This document shows, in pieces, positions 15,901-30,362 of a stretch of DNA of 64,000 nt. The number at the start of each line of letters is the position of its first letter. The stretch's first letter is position 1. Where the stretch lies: NCBI RefSeq assembly GCF_009914755.1, contig NC_060944.1, one strand, 5' to 3'. Both the position numbers and the translations under genes were made by a program. This stretch comes from the human T2T-CHM13v2.0 reference genome, Homo sapiens. The notes beneath the pieces are model-generated. The model saw nothing but the letters and a program-made list of their open reading frames with translations, did not search any database and had not been told where the DNA came from.

Positions 15901-16519
15901 GTAGCTGATAGGATAGGAAGAAAGAGTTCTATCAATTAAGGTAGTTAGAAAACATTTGTCCTCCATAAATTTTCTCTTCTCCTGTATCTTTTAAGTTATA
16001 TTGTTTGTTGTTCAACAGCCATGCACAATCCCACCTCCACACATTTGACCTTGAACTTCAGCCTCTTTCTCCAGCCTAGCTAAGCCTACCCTCAGGCTCC
16101 AGCTGAGGGCCAGCTTCTCTGTGCTCTCTCCTTTGGCAACCCAGTCTACAGTGATCTCATTGCTGAAACCAAAAGGATGCTTCGGGACTGCTTCACAAAC
16201 TCAAACTGACATGCCAGATGGAGAATCTGAATAATGTGCTCTTAATACTGCTTATGAAAATCAAAACACATGCAAAATTTAGTATCAAAGGGAAATTTCA
16301 ACTGCTTGTTTGGAAAACTTTCCTGAAAGTGGGGAATCTGATCTATCCTTGAATTAATATTCTCGATGATTTCAACTTTCAGAGCAAAAGCAACCCGGAG
16401 CCTTATTTTCTGACCACCATTTTACTAATAACATTTAAACCTGAACACCTGCCTCTTTCCTTAGTGAGCAGAGCAGAAAAATGAGATTAGTCCCTGTGAG
16501 CATTTTGCTACATAGATGT

Positions 16520-16865
16520 CAAGCCAGGGTGTGCTAGCATCACCTAGAGAGCTTTTAAATATCCTGACACCCAGGCCACACGCCAGACCAATTGCATCAA
16601 AATCTCTATGCGGGAGGCCCAGGCACCAGTGTCTTTTAGAGTTTCTGGGGTGATTCCAGTGATCGAGAATTGCTTTAAAGGCTACAGCTTCTCAAATAGT
16701 GACACTTCCAGAACCTTAGATACATATTAGAACCACCTGGAAGCTACAAAATTTCTTATGCCTGGGTCCCATTTTAGAGGCTCTAACTAGGGTGTGACCT
16801 CGGCATCAGGATTTTAAGACTCCCCAGGTGACTGTAATATATAGCCAGCGTTGAGCCCACTGCCC
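16520..16865. mobile_element. Two adjacent MER5-like elements
   Basis: catcacctagagagctttt...; cattagaaccacctgg...ctccccaggtgactgtaat. Confidence 0.55.
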
Positions 16866-17429
16866 CACAACAGAACAGAGCACTAAAGCGGACGGGCTGT
16901 GTACCAGGAGTTGAAGGACCCCACACTTAAGGAGATAGTAGAAGAGACATGGAAAGCCATGGAGGCAAACAATGACATTTTTGGGAACGTTAAGTTTTTC
17001 ACCTAGAGTATTAGAGAGCTAGAGAACCAGGGAGTGTATTAGGAGATTAATTCTTGCTAACTGGGTAGAGGCGTCCAGGTAGGGCACTGAGAGAAGAGTT
17101 TGAAAGGAATCTTCTAATTTCTGCTCCTGGTCTCTTTCGCACAGAAATCAGCCACAGCCACCGAGCCGCAGGTGTTAAGAGAGAGGCTTTCAGGGCAGCA
17201 CACAACCGTCTGTGTTGAAGTACCATTGAAACAAGGGCCGGCACAGCACTGGTGGAACTGGCTTCTTCCCAGTGCTCCTTCTACAAGTTTAAAGGTGAAA
17301 CCCCAAGTGTGGATGTCATCTGGTGGAAAATCAATGAATGGCAGTGACCAACAGTTGTTCTCCAGGACCTGGGTTCTCCTTGTGAGGTTCATTCTCTCTT
17401 CTCTCCTGTTAGGCGCTATGCTAAGTAGT

Positions 17430-17700
17430 AGGCAAAATGTCCGATGATCTCCTGTCCCAGAGTTATACTCCAAAGAATCCTCCCTCTTCAGTGCGGGCAG
17501 GACTTGTGACTTGCTTCTAGCTAACAGAATGTGGCAACAGTGATGAAATGTCACTCCTGTGATTATGCAATGGCATGTCATAAAATACCATCTTCCCAGA
17601 ATGCCTAAGAGTGAGAGATGCTCTTCTGCTGACCCTGAAGAAGTGCCCATGGAGATAGCTACAGGGTAGGGGACTACAGGTCTCCTAGGGAGCTGCAAGT
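17430..17700 (+). mobile_element. MLT1F-like LTR fragment
   Basis: gcaggacttgtgacttgcttctagctaacagaatgtggcaacagtgatgaaatgtcactcctgtgattatg. Confidence 0.65.
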
Positions 17701-18140
17701 CTGAATATATAAAGGGACAATGGCCAGATCATCTGTAAAAATAGAACTCTAACCAGCAACCTGCAGCAGCTAGCCCAGGAAACCCACCGATTATCTGCAG
17801 GAGCCAGCCCAGGAAGCCAGTCTGCTATTTACAAGTCAATCTCATACAGGAAGTCAGACCACCAAATCTAACAACTGGCCCAAGGAGCCAAACAATAACT
17901 CCTGTTACAATCAGTCTCACACTGCCAGGACTTGATATAACAGACAGCTTCCCTCATTTTATTGCTAATTTCCAATTAAGGACAAACCAGAGAGAACTAA
18001 ATATGCACTTTCAACCAACCACATGGGACAACCTTCTTCCCTTAGCCCACCTACAGATTCCTCATCACAACAGCCTCTATCAAGGCACACCTGAAGCCTT
18101 CCCTTTCTTCCTGGATAAGGTTTTCCAACTCCTCTGCCTG
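17701..18140 (+). mobile_element. ERV LTR fragment (LTR47-like; family uncertain)
   Basis: aaaatagaactctaaccagcaacctgcagcag...agcccaggaagcc internal repeats. Confidence 0.5.
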
Positions 18141-18342
18141 GGAGTCAGAATTAGCAGCATCTTGGACAGTAGTAACTTCGACAAAAGCCATTTCAGTCTA
18201 GTATCGGGGACAGACTGGAGCAGGCTGAAGAGCAAATGGTAGATGAGGAAGCCAAGACAAATAACATAGACAAGAGTAACACAATCTAAGAATTATAGGT
18301 GATCTAGACCAGCAGTGAACATTTTTGTAAACTGCCGAATAG

Positions 18343-19237
<895 letters not shown>

Positions 19238-19718
19238 GATGTTCTCTGTTGCAGCTACTTAACTCTGCTGTTGAAGTATGAAAGCAGCCATAGACAATAT
19301 ATAAATGAATGGCTATGGCTGGGCCCCAGTAAAATTTTATTGACAAAAACAGGTGGCAGGCCAAGTTTTTCATGCAGGCTGCAGTTGCTGACCCGTGTGT
19401 AGATGAAGGAATCATTACAATTAGAACCCGTGCAGTAATCAAAGGCTTCCCTAAAGAAAATGTTTTAGAGCTGAAAAAGAAACCCTTAGATAAATCAAAA
19501 ATTTAACTCTGTTGTACACCAAATCAATGAAGAAGTATTCATACTCCAACACATACAGGGAAATAGCTTAAAGTAGGAAAATGAAGCAAATTCTTAAAGT
19601 ATGCAAAATTAGTGTCTATAATAATGAGAAAAGACAATCAGGCTGAACCCAAACTTGTCACTGAGATTAAACATTAGAAAGTAATAAAGCAGTGTTTATT
19701 GAGTTTTGAAGGGAAATG

Positions 19719-20252
19719 GTATCAGTTATCTATTGCTGTGTAACAAACTACCCCTAAACTTAGTGGCTTAAAACAACAATTACTTCTTTTTCATCATTAT
19801 ATAGGTTGGCTGGGCTCAGCTGGTGGTTCTTCTGCATCCTGTGTTATCTGTTGGAGTCACTGACATGGCTGCATTCAGCTAGAAACTCAGCTAGGGTTGG
19901 ATCATCCAAGATGGCTAGAGCCTCAACTAGGGTAATCAGATGGCAGAAAGCTGTCTAGGATTCTCTCTCCCTACTTGGTATCTTATCATGCAGCAGCCTT
20001 TCCCAAGATTATTTACATCGTTTTGGATCCTATGATGAGAAAAATTGGGGTATCCAAAGCTTTAAAGTCCCAAGGCAAAAAAGTCTCACAGCATCATTTT
20101 TGCCATATTCTCTCAGCCAAAGCAATTCAGAAAATGAGACTAGATTCAAATAGAGGGGAAATAAACCAACCTCTTCATGAGAAAAGTGATAGATGTGCAT
20201 ATACCAGGATGGGAAAAACTGTCAGGGGCCATTTTTGTAGATAATCTACCAC
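19719..20252 (-). mobile_element. Old MLT1 LTR inserted in L1-like sequence
   Basis: gtatcagttatctattgctgtgtaacaaactacccc...gtggcttaaaacaac...aatctaccaca. Confidence 0.75.
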
Positions 20253-20934
20253 AGAAAACAAAATTCCATACACATCTGTGTATAAAGAGATAAGAAAAAC
20301 TTTTTCAGAAACACGTATGCTTAGAAAACTTATGATCTTTATGTTCTTCTTGAAAAAAGTATTTTGTTATGTTCTTTCTATTCTGATGAAAAGGTATATC
20401 ATTAAGAATGGCAAAGACAAGATATGAAAGACGGGGGAGTAGATATTTAAACAAGTTTAAATAAATAATTAAATCTAAGTAATTGTTATAAATAGAATTG
20501 AAATTTGTAGATACAAAATAATTCTTGAAAGACAACTCATATAGTCTAAAAATAATGATTCACTAATCCAAATATCTGTTTTAAAGTTTAGAGTGTATAA
20601 ACAAATACTAGAGAAAGAAGAGGGAGGCTGGGCATAGGCTGTGAGTAGGGAACTGGGAAGCATGATAAATTCCATGTTGACACAGGCAGAGCCATGTATT
20701 TTTTATCCTGGTAGTTAAGGTAGGCAGTTTTTAGGTAAATTAAAGATAACCGGTACTCTATTTTCCACCCCCTAAAACTGCTCCCATCTCAATAAAGGGA
20801 CCCACATTTCAGCCAGGCACTCAGCAGAAAGCCTAAATCCATGTGTGATCTCTCTTTTCCTCCCCTTTATGGGACTTCTGCAACGTGCCCTGAAGCCTTA
20901 TCCTCTGAAACATTTGCAGGAAAGGTTTAGTGTA

Positions 20935-21269
20935 TGTCTTAGTCTGTTTTGTGTTGCTATAACAGAATACCTGAGATTGGGTAATTTATAATGAACAGAA
21001 ATTTATTTCTTACAGCTCTGGAGGCTGAGAAGTCCAAGGTCAAGGGGCTGGGATCTGGCAAGGGCCTTCTTGCTGCATCATCACATGGCAGAAGGTGGAA
21101 GGGCAAAAGAGAACAAGATGGGGCAAACTCACCCTTTTATAAAGGCCTCTATCCCGCCTTGAGCCCTCATGGCCTAATTATCTCTTAAAGGTCCCACCTT
21201 TAATACTGTTGCAGTAGCAATCAAATGTCAACATGAGTTTTGGAGAGGACAAACATTCAAACCATAACA
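20935..21269 (-). mobile_element. MST/MLT1A-type MaLR solo LTR
   Basis: tgtcttagtctgttttgtgttgctataacagaatacc...aacattcaaaccataaca. Confidence 0.88.
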
Positions 21270-21529
21270 AAGTGTAAACACATACCCACATGCATATATA
21301 CATGCACGGACACATTTTTTTTAACACCACTATCTCATTATAACTTCTTATTTTAAACATTCTCAAAGGAGGCAATATATTTTCAGCTAATGTAAGCAAA
21401 TATTTGGTACTTTAAGTCACCCTACAAGTTTAATAAATTTATTGATAGCTAAATTCAACTAAAGTATAATCCAAATTGTATTCAAATGTACTACAGGAGG
21501 GATATGTAAAATAGCTTGCCCAGTGGGTC

Positions 21530-22180
21530 CTACCTTCAAAGCTTACCTTGAATTCACCCACTCCATTCCATCTCTAACCCTCTACCTAATCAATCTACCA
21601 TCCCTTGCCTGGGGACTGCAAGTCTACCTCTTTGGTAGACTTCTCCTTCTACCATTCATTGCCCATCTCCTCCCTGCTATCCTTTCTCCCTACAGCCTTC
21701 TTTGTGGCTACTTTTAAACATACAAAGCTGATTGAGCTGTTCCTTGCTGGAACCCTCCCTGAGGACTCTCCCTAAGCCTCTAGCTGCAGCCCCAGTGGGC
21801 TTCTTCATATTCCTTGACACCCACCTGAAGGCCTTGTCTTTGGCTGTTCCTTCTGCCTAGACTGGAATATTTCTCAGGTACTCATCTGTCTGCATCCTTG
21901 TTGTCATCTATCTCAGCTTAAGCATAACCTTCTCAGGGAGGTCTTCTCTGATAGCCCAAATTAAGTCAGCCCCCAGCCACTCTTCCTCACACTATTCTGT
22001 TTGTTTTATTCATGGTATGCATCATGCCCTGCCTATCTTCATATTTAATTGTTCACGTGTTTATTGTCTGCCCCCCGTTGGATGATAAGTACATTGAAGG
22101 AAAGATTTGATCTGTTTCATCACATATCCACAGTACCAAGGACAGTGCCTTGCCACCCCTTAGGTAATCAAAAGTTCTAT
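21530..22180 (+). mobile_element. L2 3' region
   Basis: ctgttccttctgcctag...cttctcagggaggtcttctctga...cagtgcc L2 hallmarks. Confidence 0.7.
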
Positions 22181-22197
22181 ATTTAAAAAAGAAATGA

Positions 22198-22569
<372 letters not shown>

Positions 22570-22619
22570 TCAGTTTTACCAAAAACACAGAACTTAGGAA
22601 TTGGCAGGGTTTCATAAAA

Positions 22620-23520
22620 CCCAGAAAGCATAAAACAAGATGGCAGAAATTAAACCAAATTCATTAGTTGGGTTTAAAACAAAATCCAATCGTGGTATAT
22701 GTTGCTTTAAATGTACTCTTTCAAAATAAAATGATGCAGAGAGACTTAAAACAAAGGGTGGACAAAAATTTACTACATGGACACAAAGACAAAGAAAGCA
22801 GGGATCGTGATATGAATTTCAGTCAAAGAATAGATCAAGGGAAACACATTGAATGGGGCAAAGGAGTTTTATTACACCAATAACTATGTAGTCCATGGCA
22901 ACGTGACAGTACACATACATATTTATGTACTGTGTAACACAGCATGAAAATGCTGGAATAAGAGCAGTTGAAAGTCAAAGAAAAATGTCAGAATTTTGAT
23001 TGAAATGGAAGATGTTAATACACCCATCCTAAATCCATTTTCTTCACAAAGATGGGTAGGGGAGAAGGCAGAATACAGTCTAGAAGACTGTTTGGAAGAT
23101 GAAATAATAAAGTAAATGACATAAAGACTTAGAATAAATATGCAAGATGAATGAACGTTTAATTATTGCTCATGTTCACATGTTAAAATTGTTAAAAAAT
23201 AAACAATTTTTTAACAGCTACTACATGCTCAGCCTAGAACTAGATTATGGGGCTTGCTTAATATGCCTTTTGTTCAGATAACTATGGAGATTTTTTTTCA
23301 AAATTGGTCATACACTAGATCACAAAGAAAGCCCCAATTAATTTCCAAAAAAAAAAAAAAAAAGCAGAAATTGAACAAGCTACATTTCTTCACCACAATG
23401 CAATAAACCTGGAAACTAATAACAAAAATTTAAAGAGCAACAACAAGGAAATCTCAACCCTTGGAAATTTTTAAGTGATTTAAATACTAAAGTCAAAGAG
23501 GATATCAAAATCTTAAGTAA
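22620..23520 (+). mobile_element. Old L1M ORF2 (endonuclease region) remnant
   Basis: caaaattggtcatacactagatcacaaagaaagcc...caccacaatgcaataaacctggaaa. Confidence 0.65.
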
Positions 23521-23564
23521 TTATATACAAGATTGCCTTCACACTTGTGTTTTCAATTCTCTCA

Positions 23565-24143
23565 CCAGAGCGACTCCATCTTGAATACGGGATGGGTAAA
23601 ATAAGGCTGAGACCTACTGGGTGACATGCCCAGGAGGTTAAGGCATTCTTAGTCACAGGATGAGACAGGAGGTCAGCAGAAGATACAGGTCACAAAGACC
23701 TTGCTGATAAAACAGCATGTGGTAAGGAAGCACGCCAGATCCCACCAAAACTGAGATGGGGATGAAAGTGACCTCTGGTTGTCCTCATCGCTTTTTATAT
23801 GCTAATTATAATACATTAGCATGCTAAAAGACACTCCCACAAGCTCCATTAAAGTTTACAGATGTCATGGTAACATCTGGAAGCTACCCTATATGAACTA
23901 AAAAGGGGAGGAAACCTCAGCTCCAGGAATTGCCTATTGCTTTCCAGGAAAACTCATGAATAATCCATTCCTTGTTTAGCATATAATCAGGAAGTAACAA
24001 TAAGCATAAGCCGCTGAGTAGCCTAAGCGGCTACTAAGAAACTTTGCTTTTACTTTACTCTATGGATTTGCCTCCAATTTTTTCTTGCATGACAGCCAAG
24101 AGCCCTCTCTTGGGACCTGGATCGGGATCCCTTTCCGGTAATG
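23565..24143 (+). mobile_element. MER41 (ERV1) solo LTR, MER41B-like
   Basis: accagagcgactccatcttgaata...aaagtgacctctggttgtcctca...cctttccggtaa. Confidence 0.88.
23942..23950. promoter_or_regulatory. GAS (STAT) motif TTCCAGGAA inside MER41
   Basis: Exact TTCCnGGAA; degenerate partner CTCCAGGAA at 23921-23929. Confidence 0.55.
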
Positions 24144-24200
24144 CTTTTTCTTCAGATTAACTAAGGATTCATACAATATTTTAAATATTTAAATAATTCA

Positions 24201-24563
<363 letters not shown>

Positions 24564-25319
24564 TCACTGACTCCTTTCTTTGAGATTCTGAAACAAAGAT
24601 ATAAGTTAAAAAGTAGAAAGAATGTATCTTTTTCAATGTTCCTTCCTTCTTAGAAACTCCTCTCTCTTGTGAACCATATCTTTGGAGAGGGAGATGCAGT
24701 TATATAAGCACTGTTTAGGTAATTTCTAATACATGGAAATAGTTAAGTATCTTCTGATATTCTCTACTGTCTTCTGGGGTAGCTATGCTATGGTGCTTGA
24801 GCAGGGTAATGTTACCCAGTATCAGCAGCCACCAACAAAAAAGAATTGCCATAATGATTATGATGATGATTTTATAGCTCAGGGTCCAGAGTAAAAAATT
24901 GCACTTTTCAAATCATTTACACATGACACTCACTTCTACCTGTTCTGCTCAGCAGAGAGGAGAGGAGAGGAGAGAAACAAATTGCTGAGTTGCCAGCTCT
25001 GGGCAATGCTTCCAGAACCAACAGTGCTTGGTTTACTTTAAAGGGGAAATAACTTCATTAGAAATGACATTTTCTTGGCTAGCTGGTCCCCAAGCCTGCA
25101 AAAGTGCCCCATGAGCACTTGTGCTCTCTGCAGCTGACTGAAGCGGCCACTTGAGTCTCTTGGGACCCTCAGATGGGAGGTCAAATCTGCCAAAAATGAG
25201 ATAAGTCCATGTGTCCTCACGGGTTTTCTTTGATGAGTATCTCTGTTATAAGTGCAGCCTCCCCAGCACTCTCTCTTCCTCTTCCTGGTTTAGCTTGAAT
25301 ACTGTGGCTTGACTACCAC

Positions 25320-25480
25320 ACATTCACCTTGTTTGTCTGGTTTATTGCCTCTCCCTCCCGATTAGATTGTGAGTTCAGAGAGAACAAGGGGATTTTTCTG
25401 TTTAGCTCACTGCTGTAGCTCCAGTGCCTATGACAGTGCTTGGCGCATAGTAGGTACTCAATAAACACTTTTGAATAAAT
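25320..25480 (+). mobile_element. L2a 3' end
   Basis: cagtgcttggcgcatagtaggtactcaataaacacttttgaataaat. Confidence 0.85.
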
Positions 25481-26082
25481 AACCCCCGAATTCATTTCTA
25501 TGGTAAAAGATGTTTTCCTGGGGAAGGGCAGAGCAAAATGGCCCCCAAGTTCTGGAAAAGACTGAGATTCTAGGACCATCCATGCATGGAGCAATGTGGG
25601 CAGAGGAAGCATGTTTTCAAGAGAGTGGGTGGAAGGGGAGAAAGGAAAACTTGACAGGAAGAAAGGAGCAGAGGCCGGGTGTCTTCAGCACTTACCTGGC
25701 ACCCTTTATCTATAAAACCGGGTCCCTCTGCAGCTGAAAAAGGAAGAGAAGAGAGAGGGACATGGGGCCAGGTCTACCTGTCTGTCCACTTCTCCCTTTT
25801 GCCCATGTATCCAACCTCTTAGGAATTGCTGTCAGCTCAACCTTCAAAATAATTAAGAATCCAACTACCTCTCTCCACCACCCCTGCTCTGAGCCTGCTA
25901 CCAGCCACCATCTCTAGCCTGAACTATTTCAATCGCCTCCTCGCTTATTTCCACCTCTGCCCGGACAGTGGGCTCTCCAAACAGCATTAGACTGAGCTCT
26001 CAGCAATAACAGATCAGGTTATCCTCTGCTCAAACCCTTACGGCTCAAATCCCACCTTCCCTGAGGACTACTCTGACCACAC

Positions 26083-26513
26083 TTTCATGCGCGTCTGTGT
26101 GAAGAGACCACCAAACAGGCTTTGTGTGAGCAACATGGCTGTTTATTTCACCTGGGTGCAGGTGGGCTGAGTCCAAAAAGAGAGTCAGCAAAGAGTGGTG
26201 GATTATTATTAGTTCTTATAGGTTTTGGGTTAGGCAGTGAAGTTAAGAGCAATGTTTTGTGGGCAGGGGTGGATCTCACAAAGTACATTCTCAAGGGTGG
26301 GGAGAATTACAAAGAACCTTCTTAAGGGTGGGGGAGATTACAAAGTACATTGATTAGTTAGGGTGGGGCGGGAACAAATCACAATGGTGGAATGTCATCA
26401 GTTAAGGCTATGTTTACTTCTTTTGTGGATCTTCAGTTACTTCAGGCCACGTGGATGTATACGTGCAAGTCACAGGGGATGCGATGGCTTGGCTTGGGCT
26501 CAGAGGCCTGACA
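26083..26513 (-). mobile_element. HERV-H 3' LTR (LTR7 family, type II/LTR7B-like)
   Basis: TGTCAGGCCTCTGAGCCC...CGCATGAAA on the minus strand; AATAAA at 26142-26147; preceded by PPT AAGAAGGCAGGAA (26514-26526). Confidence 0.93.
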
Positions 26514-26954
26514 TTCCTGCCTTCTTATATTAATAAGAAAAATAAAACAAAATAGTGTTGAAGTCTTGGGGCGGTGAAAATTTGTGGGGGTTGGTGTGGA
26601 GAGAGAATGGGCGATGTTTCTCAGGGCTGCTTCGAGCGGGATTAGGGGTGGCGTGGGAACCTAGAGTGGGAGAGATTAAGCTGAAGGAAGATTTTGTGGT
26701 AAGGGGTGATATTGTGGGGTTGTTAGAAGAAACATTTGTTGTGTAGAATTATTGGTGATGGCCTGGATATGGTTTTGTATGAATTGAAAAACTAAATGGA
26801 ATAAGAGAAGGAGAAAAACAGGTATAAAAGGTCTAAGAATTGGGACGACTCAGGACATCTGATTAGAGAGTGCCTAAGGAGATTCAGCATAGCCCTGCCA
26901 GCAAAGATTATTTACTTCAAGAGTTAAGAATGGCAGTTTGGGGATAGCACGAGG

Positions 26955-28018
26955 CAAGCGTGATCAGGGTGAGGAACAGCAAAGAAGGAAATATGGGGAA
27001 ATGGGGTGAATATCAGGTGGATCAGAGAGATACAGTCATGGGGGTCAGGTGTGGTATCAGGAATAATGTGGGAGGCCAGATTGAAGTCCGGGCCAGGAAC
27101 AATGGTAATTGTGGGACTTAAAGAGTGAGTACAGCTGAAGGAGCCGGGGAGCAGAAAGTATATGTGTCAGGTATGAGGAAGAAAATAGATTTTGGAAGTT
27201 ATGAGAAATGTAGAGAGTGAGTTGAGCATAGTTTGTGATTTTTAGGGCCTCTAACGGTATTAAAGCAGCGGCAGCCGCTGCACGCAGACATGAGGGCTAG
27301 GCTAAAACAGTAAGGTCAAGTTGTTTGGACAGAAAGGCTACACGGTGTGGTCCTGGCTCTTGTGTAAGAATTCTGACCGCACTAACCATGCCTAGGAAGG
27401 AAAGGAGTTGTTCTTTTGTAAGGGATTGAGGTTTGGGAGATTAATCGGACATGATCAGCAGGAAGAGCACATGTGTTTCTATGAGAATTATGCCGAGATA
27501 GGTAACAGATGAGGATGAAATTTGGGCTTGACTGAAGTAATGGGGGCTGTCTGTGAAGCCTTGCGGCAGTACAGCCCAGGTAATTTACTGAGCCTAATGG
27601 GTGTCAGGGTCAGTCTAAGTGAAGGCAAAGAGAGGCTGGGATGAAGGGTGCAAAGGAATAGTAAAGAAAGCATGTTTGAGATCCAGAACAGAATAATGGG
27701 TAGTAGAGGGAGGTATTGAGGATAGGAGAGTATATGGGTTTGGCACCACAGGGTGGATAGGCAAAACAATTTGGTTGATAAGGTGCAGATTCTGAACTAA
27801 CTTGTAAGCCTTGCCTGGTTTTAGGACAGGTGAAATGGGGGAATGGTAAGGAGAGTTTATAGGTGCCCATGCTGTAGCAGGCGAGTGATAACAGGCTTTA
27901 ATCCTTTTAAAGCATGCTGTGGGATAGGATATTGGCGTTGAGCGGGGTAAGGGTGATTCAGTTTTAATGAGATGGTAAGGGGTGCGTGATCAGTCACCAA
28001 GGAGGGAGTAGAGGTCTC
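26955..28018 (-). pseudogene. HERV-H pol (RT/partial RNase H) remnant, frameshifted; integrase absent
   Basis: Fragmented ORFs downstream of protease; direct junction to env/3' remnant near 26955. Confidence 0.75.
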
Positions 28019-28378
28019 TTATACTTGTGGGTTAAGGTGGGGGAATACAAGAGGAGGACGCAAAGGAGGCTTTGGATTGGGAAGAAGGGCAGCAATGAGA
28101 TGCGGCTGTAGTCCAGGAATAGTCAGGGAAGCAGATAATTTGGTTAAAATATCTCGGCCTAATAAGGGAAGTGGGCAGGTGGAGATAACTAAAAAAGAGT
28201 GCTTAAAAGAGTGTTGTCTAAGTTGGCACCAGAGTTGGGGAGTTTTAAGAGGTTTAGAAGCCTGGCTGTCAATACCCACAACAGTTATGGAGGCAAGGGA
28301 AACAGGCCCTTGAAAAGAAGGTAATGTGGAGTGGGTAGCCTCCATATTGATTAAGAAGGGGACGGACTTACCTTCCAC
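28019..28378 (-). pseudogene. HERV-H protease, catalytically dead
   Basis: FLINMEATHS (canonical DTGA replaced by NMEA) and LLGRDIL motif. Confidence 0.85.
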
Positions 28379-28458
28379 TCTGAGAGTTACCCAAAGCTCG
28401 GCGTCCGTGATGGCCTACGGGGCTTCCGAGGCGATCGGGCAGCATCAGTCTTCAGCCG

Positions 28459-29500
28459 CTAAGCCGAGAAGGAGTCAGTCAGAGAGCCTCGGGCCAGAGT
28501 TCCAGGGGCTCGGGGAGTGGCTGCCAGGTGAGTTGAACAGTCTAATTTCCAGTGGGGTCCCGCACAGATGGGACACGGCTTAGGAGGAATCCTGGGCTGC
28601 AGGCATTCCTTGCCCTGGTGGTCAGATTTCTGGCACTTGTAGCAAGCTCCTGGGGGAGGAGGTTCTAGAAGAACGCCTGGCCGCTGCGGTTCAGGCATTT
28701 GGAAGTTCTTGTATGCTGGAGATGTGGCTGGGGTTTGTCTCACAGTGGAGCCAAGGAATTGCAACTTTTTTCTATTATTGTACACCTTGAAGGCGAGGTT
28801 AATTAAATCCTGTTGTGGGGTTTGAGGGCCGGAATTTAATTTTTGGAGTTTTATTTAATGTCGGGAGCAGATCGGGTAATAAAATGTATATTGAGAATAA
28901 GATGGCCTTTTGACCTTTTAGGGTCTAGGGCTGTAAAGCGTCTCAGGGTTGCTGCCGAACGAGCCATGAACTGGGCTGGGTTTTTATATTTGATGAAAAA
29001 GAGCCTAAACGCTATGTGATTTGGGATAAAGAAAAAGGAGCATTAACCCTGACTATGCCTTTGGCTCCAGCCACCTTTTTAAGAGTAAACTGCTGGGCAG
29101 GTGGGGGAGGGCTAGTCACAGAATGAAACTATAAGTCGGACCAGGTGTGGGATGAAGGGAGGGGAGGCGCGGAGGCTGAGGAAGAATTGGGACCTAGCTT
29201 GGGCTGGCGCGGAGGGGAGAGGTCAGATGGGTCTGTAGAAGAGGAAGATTAGAAAGACTCAGCGCCGCTTGGGGTTGGGACTGAGGGGACAGGAGGGAGG
29301 GAAAGAAGGAAGATTTGGGACGAGTTGCACGGGGCACAGAGACTAGGAAGGGACTGATGTGTAAAAGAATGCCTGGACGTCAGGCACCTCAGACCATTTG
29401 CCCATTTTACGACAAGAATTATTTAGATCTTGTAGGATGGAAAAATTGAAAGCGCCGTTTTCCAGCTATTTGGAACTACTGTCGAGTTTGTATTGGGGTC
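28459..29500 (-). pseudogene. HERV-H gag remnant
   Basis: ORF 28459-28785 has zinc knuckles CYKCQKSDHQGKEC and CPICAGPHWKLDC. Confidence 0.85.
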
Positions 29501-30237
29501 AAGCGGCATTGCAGAAGAAAATAAGGCATTTAGGTTTTAGGTCAGGTGTGAGTTGAAGAGGTTTTAAGTTTTTGAGAACACAGGCTAAGGGAGAACAAGG
29601 AGGAATGGAAGGTGGAAGCCTACCCATAGTGAAGGAGGCAAGCCCAGAGAAAAGAGTAGAGACATGGAGAAGGGGTGGGGAGTTCTTGCCCTCCAGAAAA
29701 GCAGAGAAAGGGTTGGGGCACGGAAATAAGGGATTGGGGCACAGAGATAAGAGGTTGGGGTGCGGAAATAAGCGATTGGGAGGTTCTTGCCCCTAGGAAA
29801 GCGGGACTTGCCGCTAAGGGTGAAGGAGAAGGGGTTGAGGGGTACTTGCCCCTGCCCCAGGAAAGGCAGAGAAGGGGTAGAGACAAGGAGAGAAGGGGTT
29901 GGGGTACTTGCCCCTTCCCCAGAAAAGCAGGACTTGCCGCTAAGGGTGAAGGACCAAGGCAGGCGTCCCTGCGTGGTCTGACACCCTTGAAACGTGGGTG
30001 TATAATCACAGAGGCATCCCTGCAATGATTAAACACCAAGGGAAGGCTGCCTTCCCAGTCCGTGACCGGCGCCGGAGTTTTGGGTCCACGGATAAAACGT
30101 GTCTCTTTTGTCTCTACCAGAAAATGAAAGGAATTGAAATTAAGAGAAGGGAGAGATTGAAGTGTAGCGCCAAGATTGAAAGGAGAAAGAGGTTGAGGGA
30201 TAGTGAGGCAAGTTGGAGAAGAGAGTAAAAAGAGGCC

Positions 30238-30246
30238 GCTTACTGG
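30238..30246 (-). promoter_or_regulatory. HERV-H leader splice donor (CCA|GTAAGC)
   Basis: Lies ~140 nt downstream of the 5' LTR, where the HERV-H major donor is found. Confidence 0.65.
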
Positions 30247-30362
30247 ATTTGAAATTGGTGAGATGTTTCTTGGGCTGGTCGGTCCTGAGGTCGTAGGTGG
30301 ATCTTTCTCACAGAGCAAAGAGCAGGAGGACAGGGGATTGATCTCCCAAGGGAGGTCCCCCA

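Noticed and set aside
15433-15966. 177-aa hydrophobic ORF
   Set aside because: Antisense of A/G-rich decayed LINE-like and (GGAA)n sequence; compositional artefact.
17114-17698. 194-aa ORF
   Set aside because: Half derives from an MLT1 LTR; no ATG start and no domain.
29690-29960. Short direct repeats with spacers (ggggcacggaaataag; ggacttgccgctaagggtgaagga)
   Set aside because: Standard HERV-H leader repeats; not a CRISPR array (eukaryotic DNA, no unique spacers, no cas genes).
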